A stretch of DNA of 64,000 bases from Candidatus Marinacidobacterium sp. (GTDB lineage Bacteria > Acidobacteriota > Vicinamibacteria > Marinacidobacterales > Marinacidobacteraceae): assembly GCA_965204755.1 (NCBI GenBank), contig OZ242011.1, forward strand, positions 3,360,001 through 3,424,000, given 5' to 3'. Under the pieces are notes generated by a model. That model made no database searches. It was not told where the DNA came from and worked only from the letters and a program-made list of their open reading frames with translations. Of the stretch, positions 19,557 through 29,352 are shown one piece after another. The translations under genes were made by a program, and so were the position numbers. Each line of letters begins with the position of its first letter. The stretch's first letter is position 1.

Positions 19557-22208
19557 TTACTTCTGGGGGACTTCGAGGACGATCGACATTTCGGCGCCGG
19601 TGTGGGTGATGATGCGGACGGCGACCTGGCCGGTGCGGGGCTTGGGGAAGGGGGTGCTCGCGAGGGAGAGCATGGCGTTCCAGGCGTCGCGGTTCAGCCG
19701 GGAGCCGAGTCGGGCGGCCAGCCGCTCGACTTGACGGTCCTTGCCGTGGCCGGGGAAGTGGATGCGGTGGGCGAAGAACGCCTTGCCGTCGTGTTCGGTG
19801 TCCAGCATCCAGCAGGCGATGTCGGCCGGCTTCCCGGAACGCAGGTTCCCGCTGGACGGATCGAACACATCGAATCCCCGGACTTCGCAGGTGAAGTGGT
19901 CCGCGGGTCTCTCGGCGCGGGCGATCCGCACATCCGGCTCGCCGACCATGACGAAGGCGGCGTCCTGCTGGCTGTCCTTCAGGTTCCCGATCATCAGGTC
20001 GCGGTTCGCCAGCGCCCGGAGCACGCGGAGCCGTCCGCGCGTCTCCTCGCCGCTTCCGGCCCCGGCCTCGAACGCGAAGGCCACGACCAGCAGGGTATCC
20101 ACCTCGTCCAACTGCACCGCCTCGTTGGCGGCCCGGGTGATGAGCGCCGGGGAGACGGTGATGTCGTCGGGGAGGATGGCCACCGCGATCCGTCCCGGCG
20201 GGGTTGCCGCCGCCGGTTCGTCGTCCGCGGCCCGGTGCGCCGTGTGGGTTACGACTCGCCCGGTGTGGGGCTCCAGCGAGTCGAGCCGGAGGCGGCCGGC
20301 GCCGGGAATGCGAACGCCGGCGGTCTCGAGCGCGGCGCGAACCGCTTTGGAGAGGTCGGAGTCGTGCTGCTGGGCGCCGAGGCGGTCCTCGTCAGCGGGA
20401 AGGTACCGCGACGGCGACTCGCTCTCCACGGTGAACGGGGAGGAGACGCGCACGACGCCCTTCTTCGCGTAGGGGCGATCCACGAGGAGCGTGGGATCGC
20501 GAACCTCGTCGTAGGCGAGGACGGCGGCGCTGACATACGGAACGCGCTCGTATACGAAGCCCTTCGCGGGATCGTTCGTAAACGGCGCCTCGCCCGCAGG
20601 CCCGCCGCCCGCCGCCCGTTCGATCGTTCGATCGTTCGATCGTTCGATCGTTTGATCGTTTTCACCTGTATCAGAAAGCTCGGCCTCCTTCAAGGCCCCC
20701 TCCGGGGAGTCCTGCAACAGGTGATACGGAAATACGCCGACGGCAAGCCGCTGCCGTGCGAGGGCGATCGGGACGGCGGCGGCGTCGATCGTGATCCACC
20801 GCCGACCCCATTTCTCGGCGACTAGAGCGGTCGTCCCCGATCCGCAGGTGATGTCCAGCACCAGGTCTCCGGGATCCGTGGCCATCAGGAGGCAGCGTGC
20901 GACGACGAGCTCCGCCGTCTCCACCACATAGTGGAGGTCACTCGGCGACATCTGGGTGCTCCAGACATTGTGGATCTTCCTTCCGGGTAGTTCGTCCTCG
21001 TACCGCTTCCAGTGTAGTCGGCCCCCTTCGCGTGCGGCGAGACGTCCCTTTTCACCCAGGCGTCGCAGTCCGTCCATGTCGACGCGCCACTGTTCCGTCG
21101 GCGGGCATGGGTAGGATCGGCCGCGCCACCTGAATGTTTGGGACCGACCAGTTGTCGACGGGTGCTGGGAGGCGAGTCGTGCGAGTTGAAACACTCGCGC
21201 CCCTTCGGGTAGGCGCTCGTCGGGAGACTCGATCTCTTCTGGCGACAGGTTGCGAATCGACCCGTCTGCGAGTTCGACCATCGTATACGAGGCTCGGTAG
21301 GCGATCTTCTCCCGGCGGCTCATGGCTTCGTGCAACTGCCGGAACTTGAGGTCGTCCTTCTCCTTCGCATACCACAGCAGGTAGTCCGCAACTTCGGGCA
21401 GAGTCTGCGAACTGCTACCACCGGACTTGACGAACGGGATCGTCGCCACTCGGTTCTCGGCACCGAAGACTTCATCGAGAACGACGGCCAGCCGGTGGAC
21501 ATTCGCGTTGCCGATCTGGACGAACAGGCTGCCGGAGTCGTGGAGTAGGGTCCGGGCGAGGACGGCGTTCCGGCGGATGTTGTCCAGGTAGGAGTGGATC
21601 CCGTTCTCGTACGCGTCGCGGAAGGCGCGGACGATGCCGACATCGCTCGGTACCGCTTTGCCGGTGTTTCCGGCGTCGCGCTCGTTCACCGAGGGCTGGA
21701 AGTTGCTGTTGAACTTGATGCCGTACGGCGGGTCGTAATAGACCATCTGGACCCGGCCGGCCAATCGGTCGCGGTCGGCGAGGGACGCCATGATCCGGCG
21801 GGAGTCGCCGCGGATGAGGCGGTTCTGCCAGTTGCCCCGGTGTTCGTACCACTCGTAGGCGGCGTTCTCGGGCAGGTCGTTGTAGGCCGCGCCGAACATG
21901 CTCCGGGTCTCCCGCCGGTCGGCGGGCGCCGTGGTCAGCGAGCGCACGAACGCGGCCGGATGGATCTTCTCGTGGATGTAGAGCGGGTGCGACTCGACTT
22001 CCAGGGCGTTCGGGTCGTCGCCGCGATCCCACGACAGGCGCGGCTCCCCGGCCCGGTCGTCGCGGATCGGGGGCTCGTAGCGGCGGGGCGCGCGATCCGC
22101 GTCCGTCATGTAGGGAGCGGTTTCCTCGGTCGGCAGGTTCAGCCGGTCGGCGGAGGCGTGCGCGTAGGCCTCCGGCGGCGCTTTCCGCGTGGTCTTCTTC
22201 TTGGGCAT
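19557..22208 (-). CDS. Type III-like R-M Mod subunit (beta-class amino-methyltransferase)
   Basis: ATG at 22208 overlaps the res stop (TGATG); PLYIHEK, WQNRLIRGDS, VQMVYYDPPYGIKFNSNFQ, PGDLVLDITCGSGTT, WMLDTEHDG. Confidence 0.88.
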   Translation of the reverse strand: MPKKKTTRKAPPEAYAHASADRLNLPTEETAPYMTDADRAPRRYEPPIRDDRAGEPRLSWDRGDDPNALEVESHPLYIHEKIHPAAFVRSLTTAPADRRETRSMFGAAYNDLPENAAYEWYEHRGNWQNRLIRGDSRRIMASLADRDRLAGRVQMVYYDPPYGIKFNSNFQPSVNERDAGNTGKAVPSDVGIVRAFRDAYENGIHSYLDNIRRNAVLARTLLHDSGSLFVQIGNANVHRLAVVLDEVFGAENRVATIPFVKSGGSSSQTLPEVADYLLWYAKEKDDLKFRQLHEAMSRREKIAYRASYTMVELADGSIRNLSPEEIESPDERLPEGARVFQLARLASQHPSTTGRSQTFRWRGRSYPCPPTEQWRVDMDGLRRLGEKGRLAAREGGRLHWKRYEDELPGRKIHNVWSTQMSPSDLHYVVETAELVVARCLLMATDPGDLVLDITCGSGTTALVAEKWGRRWITIDAAAVPIALARQRLAVGVFPYHLLQDSPEGALKEAELSDTGENDQTIERSNDRTIERAAGGGPAGEAPFTNDPAKGFVYERVPYVSAAVLAYDEVRDPTLLVDRPYAKKGVVRVSSPFTVESESPSRYLPADEDRLGAQQHDSDLSKAVRAALETAGVRIPGAGRLRLDSLEPHTGRVVTHTAHRAADDEPAAATPPGRIAVAILPDDITVSPALITRAANEAVQLDEVDTLLVVAFAFEAGAGSGEETRGRLRVLRALANRDLMIGNLKDSQQDAAFVMVGEPDVRIARAERPADHFTCEVRGFDVFDPSSGNLRSGKPADIACWMLDTEHDGKAFFAHRIHFPGHGKDRQVERLAARLGSRLNRDAWNAMLSLASTPFPKPRTGQVAVRIITHTGAEMSIVLEVPQK
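20617..20660 (-). repeat. 8-bp tandem repeat (coding strand ATCGAACG), about 5.5 copies, inside mod
   Basis: Plus strand CGTTCGAT x4 (20617-20648), CGTTTGAT, CGTT. Confidence 0.93.
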
Positions 22209-25200
22209 CAGGGGGATGCGGCTCCTCGGTGTCCGCCTCGGGACGCGCGGGCGCGGCGGATCGCGTGTTCGAGGTCGCGCCCCACTTCGTCGGGGCGGGT
22301 CAAGATGCAGTAACGCCAGGTCCCCCGGCAGTCTTGGTCGTCGGTGTTCGCGACCGCCGGAATCCATCGGCGCTCCACCGCCCTTCGTTTGGCTTCGCTG
22401 TCGCGTCCCGGCCGACCCTTGTACTCGATGATGAGGTGGATCGGCCCGCCGTCCGGGCCGGGTTCGGAGAGCCGGGCGAAGAAATCGGGAAGGTAGCGGC
22501 GGTGCGCGCCGGTTCCGGGCTCGAGGTAGGGAATCCCCCAGTCGAGCCGGTCGTTCCGCACCCACCACGACACGCTCTCGCTCCGGTCGAGCGCCGCCGC
22601 CACGGTCAGTTCCGGGTCGCTGTCGCAAGGCGCCCGGTTCACCTCGGAGCGCTCCGTGTCCCGGACGCGCCGCTTCGCGGTCTCGTAGCAGACGGAACCG
22701 GTGTGCAGCACGCGCTCCGCGGCGGTATCGCTCTCGTCGGCGTACACCGGCAGGATGCGCGGAGGGGCGCCGTCCGAGGAAGGACAGGCGCCGGCGATCT
22801 CGGAAGCGGCGCCTTCCAGCCGGCCGTCGCGCGTCACCGTGCGGATGTCCGGGTATTCGACCAGCGGGTGGGCCAGCCAGCGCTCCACCGCGTGGAGCGC
22901 GTCCCGGAACAGCAGCCGCCGGCGGAAGACGACGGCGCCGTCGCCGTTCTTCCGCGCGATGACCTCGAATCGGTCGAGGACGGCCTTCGCGAGGCGCCAG
23001 CGCTCCTCTTTCTCGCGCCGGACATCGTAGTGGACCTGTTCCTCTCCGGCGACGCCCGCAGTATGGGTCGCCTGCGGAAGGCTGGGCGTGTAGTCCCCCC
23101 AGGAAGAATCATCCGTCCGCTCCAGCGAGCGCGGGACGAAGCGGCGCACCCGGCTCTCGTCCAGGCGCAGCCGGGGGCCGGGCAGTTCCCAGCGGTACCC
23201 GGCCAGGTTGGGGAATTCCAGGCGGTAGTCCTCCCGCCCGGCGACGCTGAACACCGCGTAGGGTTCGCGCGCCGGTTCCGGGGTTTCGCCGGCGGTGCGC
23301 ATGAAGGCGAAGGGCACGCCGAAGATGTTGGAGACCTCGGGGCGGAGCAGCCGCCGCTCTTCGTCGGCGAAGTCGTCGTAGGCGGTGCGGCGGAGCGATC
23401 TCCCGACCACCTGTTCGCACAGGAGTTCGCTCCCGAACTTGCGGAAGCCGAGGATGTGGGTGACGGTCCGCGTGTCCCAGCCCTCGGAGAGCATGGACAC
23501 CGAGATGACGCAGCGGATGCGCTTGCCGGGGCCGTCCTTGCCGACGGTCTGGACGATCTCCCGCAGCCGTTCGAGCCGCTCCTTCCCGGTCTTCGCGTCG
23601 GGGGCGAACAACTCCCCCTGTTTCTTCATCACCGCCGCCAGGTTGCCGGTCAGTTCCTCCGGCGAGTCGAGTTTCGAGTGGATCAGGATCGTCGGCGGCG
23701 TGTCTTGCCATCCGGAGCCGTCGGGGCGCACATTCGAGAAGAGGGGCAGGCGGCCCGGCCGGTACGGGGGCTCCGCGCCCTCCTCGGCCTTCTCGCCGGC
23801 GATCCAGCGGTAGAACTCGGTGGCGTTCTTGACATCGTTCGCCACCACGATCATCACCGGGATCCGCCCCGACCGCGCGTACTTCTCGTTCGTCTTCTCG
23901 TAGTGCTCGTAGAGGGTTTCGAGCGGCGACCGCACGGCGTCGTCCAGGTCGTCGGCGTCGAGCCGTCTCGACTGCGCGTTCTCGTAGAGGTTCCGGTAGA
24001 TCGGCGAGGCGGCCTCGGTGTCGTCGTCCACCGGGACGCGGGGCACCTTGGTAAGCCCGGCTTCTACGGCTTCGATCAGCGGGTAGTCGCTGACGATCCA
24101 GGGGAAGATGGGGGTTTCGAGGCCGGGAGGAAGGCGCAGGTACATCGGCGTCGCCGAGAAGTCGGCGATCCAGGAGAGGCGGCCTTGTTCGCGGAGCGCC
24201 CGCAGCGCCCGGAACCACAGCGCCGCGCTCTCCTCGTATTCGCGTTCCTCGCTGGTTCCCCGGGTCGTCGAGGAAGGGCGGTAGCAGTGGTGCCCTTCGT
24301 CGTTCAGCACCAGGATCTTCCGCGCGGCGCGGTGCGCCTTGAGCAGGCGCGCCAGCATCTGCTCGGGCGTTTCCTTCCACCGCTCTTCGGAGGCGCGGCC
24401 GCCGCGGCGCAGGAGCCCCTTGGCGGCCCCGGTGGCGGCGTCCCCGGCGCCGGCGACGAACAGGCGGTTGGCCGGCTGGAACTTGTGGAAGTTCAGGATG
24501 GAGACGCGGGCGGAGAAACGCGAGCGGAGATGTTTCGGGAGGAGCGCTTCGTAGGCGCGCCGGCCGGCGGGCGCGCTCGGGTCGAGTTCCGCCAGGCGTT
24601 CCCTTACCGTCAGGTTCGGCGCGACGACCAGGACATCGGCGCCCCGCCGTTCGCGCAGCCCCCGCCAGGCGATCACCATCGCCATGGCCAGCGTCTTTCC
24701 GGCGCCGGTCGCCATCTTGACCGCGACGCGATCCATTCCTTCGTTGCCCGCGGCGTTCACTTCGCGCAGCCGCTCCACGATCCCGGCGTGTTCCGCCGAG
24801 CGGAGGGCCGGGCCGGCTTCCTTGAGCCAGATCAGGGTTTCGACGGCCTCGCGTTGACAGAAGAAGGGGCGGGGTTCCGCCTCGCGCGAGTCCCAGTGGT
24901 CGAGGAGATCCGCGGTGCGCCGCGACACTCCGGGCCGGCCCCGCGCTCGCCAGTCGTCCACGGCGGCGCGGATGCGGTTGACCAGCGCGTGCGGGGGGAG
25001 TTCGGCCGCGGTGAGCGGGAGTTTCGGGTGGTTACCCGGCAGCGGGACCGGGAGGTAATCGCCGCTTCGCCTCCGGCCCTCGACCAGTTCGTCGGTGGCC
25101 CGGAAGTTCCGGTCGAGCCGCCAGTGCCGGCGCGGCTCACTCCACGGGTTGTTGAGGATCGGGTTTTCGCGCGAACTCCGCGCGGGCCGATTCTCCGACC

Positions 25201-25213
25201 GTTCTGCTGGCAA
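22208..25213 (-). CDS. Type III-like R-M Res subunit (SF2 helicase + PD-(D/E)xK nuclease); start uncertain (TTG 25213)
   Basis: NPILNNPW, FFCQREAVET, KMATGAGKT, LNDEGHH, SATP, MLSEGWD, EQVVGRSLRR, YLPDF...IIEYKG. Confidence 0.87.
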   Translation of the reverse strand: MPAERSENRPARSSRENPILNNPWSEPRRHWRLDRNFRATDELVEGRRRSGDYLPVPLPGNHPKLPLTAAELPPHALVNRIRAAVDDWRARGRPGVSRRTADLLDHWDSREAEPRPFFCQREAVETLIWLKEAGPALRSAEHAGIVERLREVNAAGNEGMDRVAVKMATGAGKTLAMAMVIAWRGLRERRGADVLVVAPNLTVRERLAELDPSAPAGRRAYEALLPKHLRSRFSARVSILNFHKFQPANRLFVAGAGDAATGAAKGLLRRGGRASEERWKETPEQMLARLLKAHRAARKILVLNDEGHHCYRPSSTTRGTSEEREYEESAALWFRALRALREQGRLSWIADFSATPMYLRLPPGLETPIFPWIVSDYPLIEAVEAGLTKVPRVPVDDDTEAASPIYRNLYENAQSRRLDADDLDDAVRSPLETLYEHYEKTNEKYARSGRIPVMIVVANDVKNATEFYRWIAGEKAEEGAEPPYRPGRLPLFSNVRPDGSGWQDTPPTILIHSKLDSPEELTGNLAAVMKKQGELFAPDAKTGKERLERLREIVQTVGKDGPGKRIRCVISVSMLSEGWDTRTVTHILGFRKFGSELLCEQVVGRSLRRTAYDDFADEERRLLRPEVSNIFGVPFAFMRTAGETPEPAREPYAVFSVAGREDYRLEFPNLAGYRWELPGPRLRLDESRVRRFVPRSLERTDDSSWGDYTPSLPQATHTAGVAGEEQVHYDVRREKEERWRLAKAVLDRFEVIARKNGDGAVVFRRRLLFRDALHAVERWLAHPLVEYPDIRTVTRDGRLEGAASEIAGACPSSDGAPPRILPVYADESDTAAERVLHTGSVCYETAKRRVRDTERSEVNRAPCDSDPELTVAAALDRSESVSWWVRNDRLDWGIPYLEPGTGAHRRYLPDFFARLSEPGPDGGPIHLIIEYKGRPGRDSEAKRRAVERRWIPAVANTDDQDCRGTWRYCILTRPDEVGRDLEHAIRRARASRGGHRGAASP

Positions 25214-25311
25214 GTTGGAATTCGCTGCCGCGGGCCGCTGCGCGCGGCCCTTCGGGCGGCGGCGGATTGTATGGGCCGCCGAGCGGGCGTCGGCGCGGCG
25301 GCGCCGCCCGG

Positions 25312-26283
25312 TCAGGGCAGGGAGTGGACGGAGGCTTCGGCGTCGGCGCAGCGGACGGTCGCGCCGGGAGGGACTTCCGCCGGGAGGATCGCCAGGGCCA
25401 GCGCCGGGCCGTTGCCCTCCCAGTCCGGCGGGCGGGGAGCGGAACTCGTGATCTCGGCTACGGAGTCTTCGCTGTAGTGGACGGCGGCGCCCGGCGGGGG
25501 CGGGTCGGCCGGCGCGCCGGCGAAGCGCAACTGGCGGAGGAGGCGGGGGACGCGGCCGCGGTGGGCCTGGCGGGCCACATATTCCTGACCGATGTAGCAG
25601 CCCTTGCCCAGCCGGACATGCGCCGCGAGACCGGCGGCGAGCGGGAGCGAGGTCTCGGAGAGTTCTCCACCCCAAGCCGGTTCCCCGGCGGCGAGCCGCA
25701 GGTAGGCCGTCTCCTCCGCGGAGGCTTCGGAAGCGCCGCTGTCCGCGAGACCGCGCGCGGCCTCGGCTGCGGCGCCCGCCGGCAGCCGAACCGTGAACGA
25801 CGGCCACGGGCGGAAATCGCGCCGGACGAAGCCGGCCTCCGTCTCGGCCGCCTCGCCGGGGGCGAGATCGGCCACGGCCTCGCCGTCGGCCGGGATCGAG
25901 ACCGCCAGCGCTTCCGCCGCTCGCTCGCCGAAGACCCGGATGCGCCGTCCGGCTTCGTCGTCCGCGATCTCCACGGCGTCGGCGATCCGGTAGCGGTCGA
26001 GCCCGTCGCGAAGCGCCGCGAGCCGCGCCGGTTCGGCGTCGAGGTACACCCGATCCGACAGCACGGTCGCCGCGGCGGCGGCGACCAGGTTCCCCTTCGG
26101 GCCGAGCAGCGCGGTACGGGCCGCGCCCGGCGGCTTCGGGAGGTCGCCGGACATGATGCGGGTGAGGAACGCCGCCCGGTCGGCCCCGGTAACCACGATC
26201 CCCGGCGCCGCGCCGCGCGCGGCTTGAACGAACCACGCCCGCCCGGCGGGGAGCGGGGCGAAGGGCGGCTCGGAACCGGTCAT
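25312..26283 (-). CDS. ygfZ: YgfZ/GcvT-like folate-binding protein
   Basis: VTGADRAAFL and the KGCYIGQE signature. Confidence 0.8.
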   Translation of the reverse strand: MTGSEPPFAPLPAGRAWFVQAARGAAPGIVVTGADRAAFLTRIMSGDLPKPPGAARTALLGPKGNLVAAAAATVLSDRVYLDAEPARLAALRDGLDRYRIADAVEIADDEAGRRIRVFGERAAEALAVSIPADGEAVADLAPGEAAETEAGFVRRDFRPWPSFTVRLPAGAAAEAARGLADSGASEASAEETAYLRLAAGEPAWGGELSETSLPLAAGLAAHVRLGKGCYIGQEYVARQAHRGRVPRLLRQLRFAGAPADPPPPGAAVHYSEDSVAEITSSAPRPPDWEGNGPALALAILPAEVPPGATVRCADAEASVHSLP

Positions 26284-26384
26284 CCGCCTCTATCCTAAGC
26301 GTCCGCCGCCGCGCTGCCCGGCGCCGGGAACCGGCCGTCGCGCCGCCCCCGACCGGGCAGCCCGCGCGCGCCGCCGCCAAGCCG

Positions 26385-27539
26385 ATGCATCTTCCCCGAG
26401 CCCTCGTCTCCGAGTCGTTCCTCCCGCCCGGCTCGGCGCTCGACTTCGACGCGGTCGGCGCTCCCCGGCGGCTGCGCCCCCGTCCGGTGGTGGCCGACGC
26501 GGACGCCGGGCGGGCGCTGCGGGCCGACCTGGCGTGGTTTTGGAACTCCAACGCCGACTGGGCGGACTCGCAGGTCGCGGTCGCCGAGGACTACGGGGAG
26601 ATCGCGGCGCGGCTCGTCGGGACGCTCGACCTCCGGCCGGACGACCGGGTGGTGCTCTCCCTTTCGGAACCGGACGGCCGCCGGGACGCCTGGATCGCGG
26701 CGCTGCCGGAAGGGACGGAGTTGGCCTTCTGGCCGCCGCGGGGCGACGGCCTGCTCCACCCGGAGGACCTGGAGGCGGCGCTGGACGAGCGGACGCGGCT
26801 GGTCCTCATGACCAAGGCCTGCCCGCTCACCGGGGCGGTGAACGAAGTCGTCCCGGTGGCGCAGCGGCTCGCCCCCCGGGGGATCGCCCTGTTCCTGGAA
26901 GCCAGCCACTTTGCGGCGCACGGGCCGCTCGACCTCCGCAACCTGCAGTGCGACGCCGTGGCGGTGGACGGCGCGGAACTGTTCGGCGCTTCGGGCGCGG
27001 CGGCTTGGGTGCGCCGCCCGGGGCCCGAAGCCGCGGAGGAAGTTGCCGCGGGCGAACTTCCCCCGGGCGTCGTGGCCGGGTGGAGTCGCGCCGTCCGCTA
27101 TGTCGAGCGGCTGGGCGAAGCGCCGGGGGCGCTGCCGGCGCCGCCCTCGGACCGGTTCGGGCGGCGGGAAGCCATGCGGCGGGGGATGCAGGGCGTGCGG
27201 CAAGAGGAGCGGGTGCTCTCGCGGACCCTCCTCCGGGGTCTCGCCCGCGTTTCCGGCATCTCCGTGCTCGGGGAAGCGGATCCCTGGCGCGCGGCGCTCC
27301 GCACGCCGGCGGTGAGTTTCGTTCCGGGGAACGGGATGACCGGCGGGGGCGGGGCGGCGCTGGCCGAGGCGCTCCGGCAGGCCGGGGCGGAGGTCGGCGG
27401 CGGCGACCTGGGTTGCCGCGGCGCGTTCGCGGTGCTCGACGCGGAAATGGAGGCCGGGGCGGTTCGGGTCTCGCTCGCCCACTACCACACCGCCGAGGAG
27501 ATCGAGCGGTTCCTGGGCGTTCTCCGCGGGCTGGTGTAA
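26385..27539 (+). CDS. Class V aminotransferase / cysteine desulfurase-like fold, lacking the PLP lysine
   Basis: RTRLV..PLTGAVN, EASHFAAH, DGAELFG (where S-x-H/Y-K is expected), RTPAVSF, VRVSLAHYHTAEEI. Confidence 0.7.
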   Translation: MHLPRALVSESFLPPGSALDFDAVGAPRRLRPRPVVADADAGRALRADLAWFWNSNADWADSQVAVAEDYGEIAARLVGTLDLRPDDRVVLSLSEPDGRRDAWIAALPEGTELAFWPPRGDGLLHPEDLEAALDERTRLVLMTKACPLTGAVNEVVPVAQRLAPRGIALFLEASHFAAHGPLDLRNLQCDAVAVDGAELFGASGAAAWVRRPGPEAAEEVAAGELPPGVVAGWSRAVRYVERLGEAPGALPAPPSDRFGRREAMRRGMQGVRQEERVLSRTLLRGLARVSGISVLGEADPWRAALRTPAVSFVPGNGMTGGGGAALAEALRQAGAEVGGGDLGCRGAFAVLDAEMEAGAVRVSLAHYHTAEEIERFLGVLRGLV

Positions 27540-27613
27540 CGGCGGCTCGGGGGCCTCGCGGCCCTCGGCGGCGGGGGCGCGTACGATCCGCGGGAGGAAG
27601 GAGGCTCGTTCCG

Positions 27614-29290
27614 ATGCCGGACCGTTCCCGCGCGGGACTCCGCGCCGCCGCGGCGTTGCTCGCCGCCGGCTCTCTCGCGGCGCTGCTCGCCGTTGGCTGT
27701 TCTCCCTCCGGGGCGCCCGACGCCGGCGGGACGCACGACGACCTGGTCGCGCTCTTCGACGAGTGGCGCGCGTTCGAGCGGCCGACCTTCGTGGACGGCG
27801 TCCCGGACTACACCGCGGCGGCGATGGAGCGTCAGCACCGCGAACTCGCCGGTTTCCGCGCCCGCCTCGACGCGATGCCGCCGGACGACTGGCCGGTGGA
27901 CGAACAGGTGGACTGGCACCTCGCGCGCGCCGAGATGAACGGGCTGGACTTCGACCACCGCGTCCGGCGTCCGTGGGCGCGCGACCCGGCGTTCTATGTG
28001 GTCGTCTTCCCGGCGGAGAGCGATGTCCCGGCGCACGAAGGCGCGGTGATCCACGGGTTCGTGGATCTTTGGACCTACGACTACCCGCTCTCCCCGGAGG
28101 ACGCGGCCGAACTCGCCGGGCGCATCGGGAGTATTCCGGCGCTCCTGGAGCAGGCGCGGACGAACCTCGCGGAGTCGAACGCGAGGGACCTGTGGCTCGC
28201 CGGGTTCCGCGCGTTCGAGCGGCAGTCGAGCGACCTGGCGGCGTTCGGCGAACGCGCGGCCGGCGCGGGCGCCGAACTCGCCGCCGCCGTGGAAGCCGCG
28301 CGCTCCGCCAGCGATTCGTTCCGCGCCTGGCTGGAAGAGCAGGCGCCGAACAGGACCGGCCCCTCCGGGATCGGCGCCGACGAATACACCTGGTGGATGC
28401 GGCATGTGAACCTCGTCCCGTACTCCTGGGAGGAACAGGTCACGCTGATGCGGCGGGAACTGGCGCGTTCGCACGCTTCGCTGCGGCTCGCCGAAAACCG
28501 CAACCGGGACCTGCCGCCGTTGGAACGGATCGCTTCTCCGGAGGAATACGACCGGCGGCTGGACGAGTCCGTGGATCGCTACCTGGAGTTCCTCGAAGAG
28601 GAGGAAGTCCAGACCGTGGAACCCTGGATGGAGCCGGCGCTTCGTGCGGTGAACGGGACTTTCGCGCCGCTGGAGGACCCGGACGACCTCCGCAACTTCT
28701 TCAGCGAGGTGAACTACCGGGACCCCGACGCCTTCCGCCCGCACATGCACCACTGGATCGAACTGGCGGCGATGCGCGAAGCCCCGCACCCGAGCCCGAT
28801 CCGCGCGGTTCCGTCGCTCTTCAACATCTTCGCCGTACGTTCGGAAGGGCTCGCCACCGGGGTCGAGGAGATGTTCTTCCACCTCGGGCTGCTGCGGGAG
28901 TCGCCGCGGTCGGAGGAACTCACCTGGATCATGCTGGCGCAGCGCGCCGCCCGGGCGCTCTCCGGCCTCCGGCTCCACGGGCGCGAGTTCGACATGGAGG
29001 AAGCGGTGGCGCACGCCATGGAATGGACCCCGCGCGGCTGGCTCACCGAAGGCGACCTGGTGCGCGGCGAGCAGCACCTCTACCTGCGCCAGCCCGGATA
29101 CGGCACGAGTTATGTCGTCGGGAAGATCCAGATCGAGGAACTGCTGGCGGAGGTCGCGCTGCTGGCCGGCGACAACTTCACGATGCGGGACTTCTTCGAC
29201 CGGTTCTACGCCTCCGGGGTGATCCCGCTGACGCTGGTGCGGTGGGAGATGACCGGCAAGAAGCATCCGGTCCTGGATCTTCGTCCGTGA
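27614..29290 (+). CDS. DUF885 family lipoprotein (putative metallopeptidase)
   Basis: ATG at 27614, lipobox-like AVGC; PHMHH, SEGLA, YLRQPGYGTSYVVGK, F.MRDF. Confidence 0.75.
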   Translation: MPDRSRAGLRAAAALLAAGSLAALLAVGCSPSGAPDAGGTHDDLVALFDEWRAFERPTFVDGVPDYTAAAMERQHRELAGFRARLDAMPPDDWPVDEQVDWHLARAEMNGLDFDHRVRRPWARDPAFYVVVFPAESDVPAHEGAVIHGFVDLWTYDYPLSPEDAAELAGRIGSIPALLEQARTNLAESNARDLWLAGFRAFERQSSDLAAFGERAAGAGAELAAAVEAARSASDSFRAWLEEQAPNRTGPSGIGADEYTWWMRHVNLVPYSWEEQVTLMRRELARSHASLRLAENRNRDLPPLERIASPEEYDRRLDESVDRYLEFLEEEEVQTVEPWMEPALRAVNGTFAPLEDPDDLRNFFSEVNYRDPDAFRPHMHHWIELAAMREAPHPSPIRAVPSLFNIFAVRSEGLATGVEEMFFHLGLLRESPRSEELTWIMLAQRAARALSGLRLHGREFDMEEAVAHAMEWTPRGWLTEGDLVRGEQHLYLRQPGYGTSYVVGKIQIEELLAEVALLAGDNFTMRDFFDRFYASGVIPLTLVRWEMTGKKHPVLDLRP

Positions 29291-29352
29291 CCGTCGGCAT
29301 TCCCGCGCCGCGCCGGCGGCGCTGCCCGGCTTCGTAGAAAGGCGGTCGAGGC

